Positions 16,105-23,696 of a stretch of 41,673 bases of DNA are shown piece after piece. The first letter of the stretch is position 1. Each line of letters starts with the position of its first letter. The notes beneath the pieces were generated by a model that did no database searches, was not told the DNA's origin, and worked only from the letters and a program-made list of their open reading frames with translations. Location of the stretch: the IMG/VR virus record IMGVR_UViG_3300006145_000006, positions 66,480 through 108,152 of that record; one strand, 5' to 3'. This DNA is from a virus (lineage: Duplodnaviria; Heunggongvirae; Uroviricota; Caudoviricetes). Position numbers and translations under genes: made by a program.

Positions 16105-16884
16105 TCAGGCGGCGGGTTGCTCGGCCTTGCCGTCATTCTCGGCGGTCAGCTTCTCAATGGAAGCCCCGGCGACGGTTTCTTCCCTCTTGGAGGCGTTGGC
16201 GGCGGAGATGGTCTTGGAGGTGTTCACGCTGGTGATACCGTCAAAGCCCATGATACGCTCCACGGCCAGCCGCTGGGCCTTCTTGATGAACGCCCCAAAA
16301 CTTGCGGCGGCGGTGTGCTTGATCCCGGTTTCCAGGGTGGCGATAACCTCTCCCTCGGTGTTGAGGGTGGGCTTGTACGTCTCCCCCTCGGTCTGCTCCC
16401 GCTTGGCGGCCTCCACCAGCTCTTCCCGGTCACTTGCGGCGGCCTTGACGGTCTCCCCCACCAGAAGGGAAAGGAAGAACTTCCACTCAGTGAAAAGGTT
16501 GTTGTTGGCACGCTTGGCGGCATCCTCCTTGCGTTGGGTGTCGGCGGCGGTGACGGCGGCCTTGTAGAGCGTGGAAGCGGCGAGCATGAACCGGGAGGCA
16601 TCATCCGGGGAGAGGCCAGCGGCTTTCAGAGCTTTTTCATTCATGCCTTTACGGTTGTTGTGGCGGTAGCTGTCCAGCAGGAAACGGAGGGCGGCGGACG
16701 TGGCCTTGTCTTCCAGCTTGACGGCGACGGCGTGGAGCTTGTCAGCCCCGGAGAGAGCGGAGCCGATAGCCTCGGCGGCGGAAAGGTTGGTCTTGCGGGT
16801 CTCGGCGTTCTGGGTGATGGGGTTAGGCTTCTTGGTCTCGGTCTTGGCGGTCTTAGTCTCGGTCTTCTTGGTGGTGGTCTTCAT
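16105..16884 (-). CDS. Early protein with a Lys/Thr-rich N-terminal tail, Ala-rich and helical
   Basis: 259-aa ORF behind an AAAGGGG RBS; first large gene downstream of the leftward promoter. Confidence 0.85.
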   Translation of the reverse strand: MKTTTKKTETKTAKTETKKPNPITQNAETRKTNLSAAEAIGSALSGADKLHAVAVKLEDKATSAALRFLLDSYRHNNRKGMNEKALKAAGLSPDDASRFMLAASTLYKAAVTAADTQRKEDAAKRANNNLFTEWKFFLSLLVGETVKAAASDREELVEAAKREQTEGETYKPTLNTEGEVIATLETGIKHTAAASFGAFIKKAQRLAVERIMGFDGITSVNTSKTISAANASKREETVAGASIEKLTAENDGKAEQPAA

Positions 16885-16984
16885 GGTGTCCCCTTTCTAT
16901 CCCCTTGCGGGGCTTGCCACCGTTTCAGCCGTGGCCGCTGTTATATGGTGGACGGTCTGCCCTCATGCGGACATACTGCCCATA

Positions 16985-17014
16985 TTGACGAAACAAGGGG
17001 GAACATGGTATACT
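16985..17014 (+). promoter_or_regulatory. Antisense promoter within the early leader
   Basis: TTGACG-18-TATACT with TG. Confidence 0.55.
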
Positions 17015-17068
17015 AAGGAAGAGGTAGCCGGGTTTGATGTTATCTCCCCCGGCCCGCTTGGGTTGTCG

Positions 17069-17152
17069 TTACTCGTCTAACTCGTCGGCGTTGTCGCTTG
17101 CCCGTTCTACGCCGTCGGGCCACAAGTAACCGTACTCGGTGTACTCGCTCAT
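17069..17152 (-). CDS. 27-aa acidic peptide, first ORF of the leftward transcript (not in ORF track)
   Basis: GGGAGG RBS; MSEYTEYGYLWPDGVERASDNADELDE. Confidence 0.6.
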   Translation of the reverse strand: MSEYTEYGYLWPDGVERASDNADELDE

Positions 17153-17525
17153 GCGGTAAACCTCCCTTCCAGTCCGTCCCTTGTGTGGTAGCACTTGGGG
17201 CGGGCTTTCTATTACAACGGTACGGCCTGACGTGTAGCCCCTTCTTATGTAGTGCCCATGTGGGCGGTGGGCTTGTCAGGTGTAACCGTGGTAACCTGGG
17301 TTAATTCCACCTATCTGGCGTGTGCCAGATGTGGGATATGTAATATGTAGTTGTCAATGTTCGCCGTAACCGTCCAGCGGTGGGAGGTCTCACCCTCCCG
17401 GCCTTGCCTGTATTCCAAGGTAGGCCATGTTGTGGTTGGCTGCGGTTGTTGCCCTGGGCGGTGGTGTACCGTCACTTGGGCAAGCTGGGCACCGTTTCAC
17501 GGGTGTACCCGTTGCTTATGGTGCC

Positions 17526-17585
17526 ATTATAACGGGTGTACCAGTGTTTGTCAACCCCTTTTTCAAAATTTCTTGAAAAACTTTT
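17526..17585 (-). promoter_or_regulatory. Major leftward early promoter with UP element
   Basis: Exact TTGACA (17549-17554), 17-nt spacer, TATAAT (17526-17531), preceded by A/T tracts. Confidence 0.9.
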
Positions 17586-18284
17586 TCGCAACCCCCGCAA
17601 ACCGTAGTAATTGCAAGGGATAGCGGGATTATAAATATGCCCTTACACCTTACAATGCGGAGGCATAGCCGGAGCATTGACGGGACTATGCGGGAGCATA
17701 GGCACGCCATCGGAGCGAAGCGGAGCAGATACCAGGATGACGGAATCCAGGGTGTGGTGGTGGGTGGTAGACGGTGGAGCGATGGGAAATAGAATGATGA
17801 GATATGATTTTGAGTATTAGATTAAATAGTAATGGTTACTGATTAGAAAATATAAAGCTAACTTTACATATGCCGACAGATCGAACTCAGACGGTGACTG
17901 TAGAGACTGGAGCGGGTACAGGATAGGCAAGGCGAGACGTGGCCCAGGGTGGCATAATCGGGTCACTGTCCACAAGACACGGTTAGAATATGGGGGGTAT
18001 GTTTACACCTTGCGGCACAAGGGATTGCGGGGATATAAGGTTAGTTGTTCCTTCTCAGTCATCCTTCAAAATTCTGATCTCGGTGTCCTCTCCAAAATTC
18101 CCAAGCATACCGCTCATACCATCAAAAACCCTTCGGTTTATGCTTCGGAGATCCCTTACACCGCAAGGCTTTCAGCGTATTGTAAGAGCAATAAAAAGAT
18201 TTTTTATTCTCCTCTAGTCTTCTCTATTCCATGTGCCACATACGTTAGCTCCGAAAAAGCCAAAAATAACATTTGTTTTCAGTA

Positions 18285-18313
18285 TTGACAATGCTGTTCA
18301 CTTGTGCTATTCT
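18285..18313 (+). promoter_or_regulatory. Rightward early promoter
   Basis: TTGACA-17-TATTCT with TG. Confidence 0.75.
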
Positions 18314-18558
18314 ATGAAAGCAGTTGGGAGTACAGGCTTTTCCAGTTTGACTCCGAAGAATAATTAAGGAGATGATGTTATTTGATTGTATAAGCAGCAT
18401 ACCCCCTCCGCGCAGTGCTTCGCCGTGGAAGGACGGCTCGCTCCGCTTGGGCTCGCTTTGCAGTTTCTCAAAAAAAGTGAACTTTTTGAGCAACTTCATG
18501 CTCGCTAGAGTAATAGAAATATAAACCCCTTGTGCCACATGGGCTAGACATAGGCAAA

Positions 18559-18653
18559 TCGGCAAAGAATGGCGAGGTTTTCGGCAAAGAATGGCGAGGT
18601 AGCGGGAACTAACTTTAACTTTTTGGGGTAATTCCGGCAAAGAGTTGCGAGAT
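18559..18653 (+). repeat. Iteron-like direct repeats (candidate origin)
   Basis: TCGGCAAAGAATGGCGAGGT at 18559 and 18581 (22-bp period), plus a variant CCGGCAAAGAGTTGCGAGAT at 18634. Confidence 0.75.
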
Positions 18654-18700
18654 TTTTAAATTATTGCCGGATATCTAAGGAAAGCAAAGGAGGACGATAA

Positions 18701-19627
18701 TTGGCAACGGTAAAAACGACAGGGCGGGTGGCAATGACCAATATTGACACCGGGGAGATTTTTGGGATGTGGGATGGGGAACAGGCGGTCACCATCAGAA
18801 CAGTGGAAAATTACGAAAAGGCTAGGGCAAGAGGAGAAACGGCTCAGTCAAAGAATGATAAGCTCTCCACCATATCAAAGTCCTACTGGGATTACGGGCG
18901 GTTCTTCTGGAGCATGTATGACACGGCAACGACGCTATTCGGTCACCTAAAGCCGGCGACCTTGACTCGGCTTATGGTTCTGGGTACCTACATGAGCTAT
19001 GATAACGAGCTTGTAGAGGATGACGGATCTGCAATGACACAACTTGGCGTGCAGAATGCCTTAGGTGTAAGCGAGCGGATGACACGGTATATCTTGGGGG
19101 AAATGAAGGAACTAGATATTATCACAGAGCGAGACGATGTATACACACTTAATAGTGCCTTCTTTATGAGAGGGAGAATAAAGGAGTCCGATCTGAATGC
19201 CTCGTTTGACGATGGAAAGTCAGTCAAGCGGGTCTACGCAGATGGTGTGCGGGCCCTGTACCGGGCGGCCTCGCGGGCGTCTGTTAAGAAGCTGTGTCCT
19301 ATATTCCGGATCATGCCGTATGTCAACAAGGAGTATAACATCGTTTGCTTTAACCCGCTCGAAAAGCAAAAGCATGCTATCCGCCCGATGTCGGTGGGCG
19401 ATGTGGCCGAGCTTACAGGAATTGAGAGGTCTCATGCAAACAGGGTACAAAAGGCTTTGCTGGAGCCAGAGTTTTTGACGGAATGCGGCATGGCAAAGGC
19501 AGTAAGGTACGTGTCTGGCAATCAGCTTGGGGTTGAGAACCACTGTCTCTTTATCAATCCACGCATTTACTATGGCGGTAGTGAGGAACACCGAAAGGAG
19601 GTGGATATCCTTGGGCAGTTCCAATAA
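18701..19627 (+). CDS. RepL-like HTH replication/maintenance protein
   Basis: TTG start behind AAGGAGG. Two wHTH-like segments ending in YTLNSAFFMRG and FINPRIYYGG; adjacent to the repeats. Confidence 0.55.
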   Translation: MATVKTTGRVAMTNIDTGEIFGMWDGEQAVTIRTVENYEKARARGETAQSKNDKLSTISKSYWDYGRFFWSMYDTATTLFGHLKPATLTRLMVLGTYMSYDNELVEDDGSAMTQLGVQNALGVSERMTRYILGEMKELDIITERDDVYTLNSAFFMRGRIKESDLNASFDDGKSVKRVYADGVRALYRAASRASVKKLCPIFRIMPYVNKEYNIVCFNPLEKQKHAIRPMSVGDVAELTGIERSHANRVQKALLEPEFLTECGMAKAVRYVSGNQLGVENHCLFINPRIYYGGSEEHRKEVDILGQFQ

Positions 19628-19811
19628 GATCAATGTCGCCAATCTATCGAATTGGGACTTGGTAAACTCATTTATCACGGCAACGTGGTGGAGAAATCTG
19701 GTTAATGACCCGCGCGACCGGGCCGCCTACGAAGTATGCGTGCGACATGCAGATGATTTTCGGGATGAGCTGATGCGCCGCATGTCGCTTACAACAAGCA
19801 ACAAGGTGTAG
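19611..19811 (+). CDS. Hypothetical protein
   Basis: Start moved to TTG 19611 behind AAAGGAGGTG. Confidence 0.65.
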   Translation: MGSSNKINVANLSNWDLVNSFITATWWRNLVNDPRDRAAYEVCVRHADDFRDELMRRMSLTTSNKV

Positions 19812-19881
19812 TGACGAGACAAACCAACTTTGAATGCACAAAGGAGGTAATCAACTATGAAAGGAACAGGATATTACATAC

Positions 19882-20070
19882 ATGAACAACACAGAAAACC
19901 GTAAGTGCGAAAACTGTATCTGGGGCAATCGGTGTGAGGGGGATGCATTGACCTGCGAGGACTACTACCCCGCCGATACAGACATGGCGATGGATTATGA
20001 GGTCGAGCTACAATTGGAGTATGAGCGCAGTCTATACGCTGAGGCGGAGGATGAGTATGACTACATCTGA
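19882..20070 (+). CDS. Small Cys-containing acidic protein
   Basis: CENCIW...C....C..Y motif and a D/E-rich C-terminus. Confidence 0.7.
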   Translation: MNNTENRKCENCIWGNRCEGDALTCEDYYPADTDMAMDYEVELQLEYERSLYAEAEDEYDYI

Positions 20071-20473
20071 GGCCAGGTGCTTTGAGCACGCCAGGCACAT
20101 GGCGGAGATGAGTAACTTTCCACGGGCGAGAGTCGGATGTGTAGTGGCCTATAAGGGAAACGTGCTGGCGGCGGGATGGAACAGCAACAAGACACACCCG
20201 GTACAGGCCCATTACAACCAGTACCGCAAGCTGAGACCGAGCGCGGCCCCTTCCCCAGCGCAGCTCCACGCGGAGACGGCGGCGTTGATCCAGCTCCGCA
20301 ATGAGAATATCCCCTGGGACAAGGTGGACGTGTTTGTATATCGGCTGCGGAAGGATCGTCCACACGGTCTTGCCGCCCCATGTCCTGCCTGCAAGAGATA
20401 CTTAATGGATATGGGTGTCAAATCTATCTATTACACGACAGACAATGGATATGCCCACGAGATACTTGATTGA
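20057..20473 (+). CDS. Cytidine/deoxycytidylate deaminase family protein
   Basis: Zn-binding HAE and PCPAC motifs; VGCVV...GWN. Start moved to ATG 20057. Confidence 0.85.
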   Translation: MTTSEARCFEHARHMAEMSNFPRARVGCVVAYKGNVLAAGWNSNKTHPVQAHYNQYRKLRPSAAPSPAQLHAETAALIQLRNENIPWDKVDVFVYRLRKDRPHGLAAPCPACKRYLMDMGVKSIYYTTDNGYAHEILD

Positions 20474-23284
20474 TTGGAGGTTATCAGCATAGCACTAGAC
20501 AAGCAAGTCCATCTCTACGCCGTGGATACCAAGGCATTTTATACAGATGAAGAGATGGCGATCGAAAAAGAGATCTCGGAACTACGGAAGCGAAAGAGGC
20601 AAAACAAGGCTGTGGTTGATTTGATGGAGGAATATCACCACGGTGGGATCAAAGAGGGGAAACTCAAGAAGCGACTGGTGGACTGTAAGTATCTGTCACA
20701 GAAGGAGGATCCGCTCCCGGATGACGATACTATCGTGTGGTTGAAGCAAGAGTCCCGGAGATTGGCCCAGGAAATTTCATCTAAAAAGAACGAATTACGA
20801 AAGGTTTTTGATGATTTTTGTGGGGTTAGGCAATTTAGAAATGAATTTTTGACAGATTTTAATGTCATTTCTATTTTTGAATCCTATTTGACCAGGACAA
20901 TTGGAGTTCAAGCCGGCGAGCTGACCAGAGATCTGCTCGTAGTCAAAACCTGTTATTTCAAAGTCCTTCAGGATATTATCTATAACGGATTTATACTGGA
21001 CGTGGATAAATACGTTATCTACACCGCATCCGCTGGGCAGATCAGAACCAAGCGGTCGGTGTTCATCCGGGAGAGCGTCCTCCGGGAACATGAGATGACG
21101 TTGATGTGTGGGCTAACTGTGGATCATATCAATGAGCTTGGTGGTGTGAACACCAACAAATATCTGGCATACTTGGCTCTCAGCAACTCGGCCACGGACG
21201 AATGGACGGACTTTGACATTGATCGGTGTATCGTGGTTGACGACTTTGAGACAGAGGTCCATGGCGTGGTGGATTACATAGACGATAAAACCTACGAGAT
21301 CACCCGCCAGGAGATGGGTGTCCCTATCACTCATACGGACGGTGCGGGGATGATCTTGCCGTCTGTGAGCAAGAAGAACTTTATGTGTCGGTTGCCTTGG
21401 GTCAAGGGGCTCCTTGCTTCTTTCCCGTTTGACAAGTTCATTCGTGAGGCCAATAGAAAGGAACCAAAGGTCAATCACGGAATCGTCAAGGATATTTATG
21501 GGCAGGAACATGACGTACTGGCGGAGAACATCCAAATCATATTCACAAAATCCCAGTTCAAAATGTCAAAATATTATTCGAATTGGGAGGAATATAAAAC
21601 TTTTTTCAAAAAGTACAACTGCCAAGCCGGTATCTGTAATATGGAAGAGGACGAGTTTGGCAAAGCGAAGATTAATTACCAGATGTTACAAACGCTGACT
21701 GACCTTAGTGATGATGAGCTGTGGGAGATCATGTCTGCCACGGTGAGCAAGCTGGACAGAACTTGTCATGACCGGGAGACCATGCTTCAGGTATTTGGCG
21801 CCACCAGGAGTAACACAAGGCCGTCGGCATTCCAGAGGGCTCTTCTCCTCTACCCGGAGCTTTTACAGGACGAGTACAGCAGGGACACCCTGCGGCTGAT
21901 CCGGGCCAAGCTGGAGCGTGAGGCTGTTGCGGGGAGACTGGATGTAGAGGGGTACTACACGTTCATTGTTCCTGACCTATACGCATTTTGCCAACGACTG
22001 TTCCTCAGGGAAGAAAACCCAACCGGACTACTGGTGGACGGAGAGGTCTATTGTAGATTATTTGAGCCCGGCGCGGAGCTGGACTGTCTGCGGAGTCCGC
22101 ATCTGTACCGGGAGCACGCCGTGCGAAAAAACATGTTTGGAATCAATGATGAAGCCAAACGCTGGTTTGCCACCGATGCTTTGTATACGAGTGATATGGA
22201 TCTAATTAGCCGCGTACTGCAATTCGATTGCGACGGAGATAAGGCATTGGTTGTATCTGATAAAGTGTTGGTGGATGCGGCCAAACGAAATATGGACGGG
22301 ATCGTTCCGCTCTATTACCCGGGACTAAAAGCACCACCGTCCGCTATTACACCGGAGAACATTTACAAAAGCATGACATGGGCATATACATCTTGCAATG
22401 TTGGTGTGGTGTCCAACGAAATCACTCGCGTCTGGTCCAGTGACCAAGAGATCGATCTTGACTTGGTCAAGTTCCTTACGCTCTACAACAACCTCGTGAT
22501 CGACGCGGCCAAGAATCTGTATCTTCCGAAAAAGCCGGAAGATATCTTGCAGAGGCTGGCCCCGTACACCAAATCGAAGGTTCCCCACTTCTTCATGGAG
22601 GCCAAGCAGAAATCACGCAAGCAGGTAGCTTCCATTAACGGCTCCACCGTGAACCGAATCCGAGGTCTCCTCCCTGCTATGCGGCTGAACTTTAACTGGG
22701 ACTCCTGCGGGAAGTTTGACTGGCGGATGCTGTGTTCCTTTTCCGTTATCCCCCGTAATGACATCACTCAAAAAATCGTTGATATGTTTAAGCAACGCTC
22801 CCGGAAGATGAGGTTTAAGACCGATGATGAGACAAACGAGAGCAACCGCGTGTTTCTGTGCGAGCAGCTACGCGCAGACCTTCTGTCTATTCATCCGGAC
22901 CCTCACTTTGTCTGTGATGTGCTGGTACGGGAGCTCTTTGATCCAAGGCACAGCTCCAAGCGGAAGATCGTCTTCTGGGAGTGCTTTGGCGGCGAGGTCG
23001 TAGAACATCTCCAGAAGAATGTGAACCAGAACCAGAAGATGTGTACGAGGTGTGGCAAGCGATACTACCGAGAAGCCGCTAACCAGGTTCTATGCCCGGC
23101 GTGCCAGAAAAAGCAACGCCGTCAATATAAGACACAATGGGATAGAAACAAGAGAAAGTGCGGACAGGGCAACAATTCTTTTGTATCTCATGAGCCACAT
23201 GGAGTACAGAAAAACGAAAATCCAATTTCAAATAATGAGGATTTTGAGCAATCCCATGGGCCACATGGAGTACAGAGAATATAG
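20474..23284 (+). CDS. yonO: YonO-type single-subunit DNA-dependent RNA polymerase (two-barrel family)
   Basis: 936 aa; catalytic DCDGD at 22226-22240; RSPH and TDGAG motifs; C-terminal CxxC...CxxC. Position upstream of the SPbeta-like late genes agrees. Confidence 0.85.
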   Translation: MEVISIALDKQVHLYAVDTKAFYTDEEMAIEKEISELRKRKRQNKAVVDLMEEYHHGGIKEGKLKKRLVDCKYLSQKEDPLPDDDTIVWLKQESRRLAQEISSKKNELRKVFDDFCGVRQFRNEFLTDFNVISIFESYLTRTIGVQAGELTRDLLVVKTCYFKVLQDIIYNGFILDVDKYVIYTASAGQIRTKRSVFIRESVLREHEMTLMCGLTVDHINELGGVNTNKYLAYLALSNSATDEWTDFDIDRCIVVDDFETEVHGVVDYIDDKTYEITRQEMGVPITHTDGAGMILPSVSKKNFMCRLPWVKGLLASFPFDKFIREANRKEPKVNHGIVKDIYGQEHDVLAENIQIIFTKSQFKMSKYYSNWEEYKTFFKKYNCQAGICNMEEDEFGKAKINYQMLQTLTDLSDDELWEIMSATVSKLDRTCHDRETMLQVFGATRSNTRPSAFQRALLLYPELLQDEYSRDTLRLIRAKLEREAVAGRLDVEGYYTFIVPDLYAFCQRLFLREENPTGLLVDGEVYCRLFEPGAELDCLRSPHLYREHAVRKNMFGINDEAKRWFATDALYTSDMDLISRVLQFDCDGDKALVVSDKVLVDAAKRNMDGIVPLYYPGLKAPPSAITPENIYKSMTWAYTSCNVGVVSNEITRVWSSDQEIDLDLVKFLTLYNNLVIDAAKNLYLPKKPEDILQRLAPYTKSKVPHFFMEAKQKSRKQVASINGSTVNRIRGLLPAMRLNFNWDSCGKFDWRMLCSFSVIPRNDITQKIVDMFKQRSRKMRFKTDDETNESNRVFLCEQLRADLLSIHPDPHFVCDVLVRELFDPRHSSKRKIVFWECFGGEVVEHLQKNVNQNQKMCTRCGKRYYREAANQVLCPACQKKQRRQYKTQWDRNKRKCGQGNNSFVSHEPHGVQKNENPISNNEDFEQSHGPHGVQRI

Positions 23285-23346
23285 GCAAAACCACTTAGGG
23301 GGAAGTGTTTTGGCCTAAAGTACACATGAGAGGCCAAATAACTATA

Positions 23347-23376
23347 GGAGAGCTGCGGGGGAGCCCGCAGCTCTCC
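23347..23376 (+). terminator. Perfect 13-bp hairpin after the RNAP gene
   Basis: GGAGAGCTGCGGG-GGAG-CCCGCAGCTCTCC. There is no U-tract, so the function is uncertain. Confidence 0.45.
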
Positions 23377-23415
23377 ACTCCTATACCCCTAATAAATTGT
23401 AAAGGATGAAAGACT

Positions 23416-23595
23416 ATCGTACCGATCACGAAAGCCGAAGCAGCTTATTTGCGGCCGCTACTCAGACCCGGAAAGGGCATTGACCGTCACATTAGCCGTG
23501 TCACTACTCACGGGAAGTATTACATGACAGAAAGCCGGGAGGCTATGCGGTTGCTCCGGGAATACCGGGCAGGCAACAAAAACAGAAGTAGGTAA
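23416..23595 (+). CDS. Small basic phage protein (59 aa) with ATC start (not in ORF track)
   Basis: AAAGGA RBS, in-frame TGA at 23407, then (M)VPITKAEAAYLRPLLRPGKGIDRHISRVTTHGKYYMTESREAMRLLREYR... Confidence 0.6.
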   Translation: MVPITKAEAAYLRPLLRPGKGIDRHISRVTTHGKYYMTESREAMRLLREYRAGNKNRSR

Positions 23596-23696
23596 GATAC
23601 CAAGATGTATGTATATTCGCCTCAGACTGTTTTTCTGTGAGCGAAACAGGTGCGGGCTGTTCTCCCGTGGCCTCCTAATTTAAATGGGAGGATGGA

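Noticed and set aside
17352-17357. TTGACA on the minus strand in the leader
   Set aside because: There is no -10 hexamer at 16-18 bp spacing.
15200-18000. Restriction-site avoidance in the putative first-entering DNA
   Set aside because: GATC occurs several times (for example near 15359, 15631, 16321 and 17879), and a proper k-mer test could not be run by eye.
18190-18207. ATAAAA-AGATT-TTTTAT near-copy of the junction palindrome
   Set aside because: The spacer is 5 bp rather than 6 and the site is in an AT-rich tract, so it was not counted. The weak match at 5942-5959 was excluded for similar reasons.
19857-19904. ATG at 19857 behind a strong AAGGAGG RBS
   Set aside because: It gives only 15 codons overlapping the 19882 gene. 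It may be a leader peptide, but there is too little evidence to call it.
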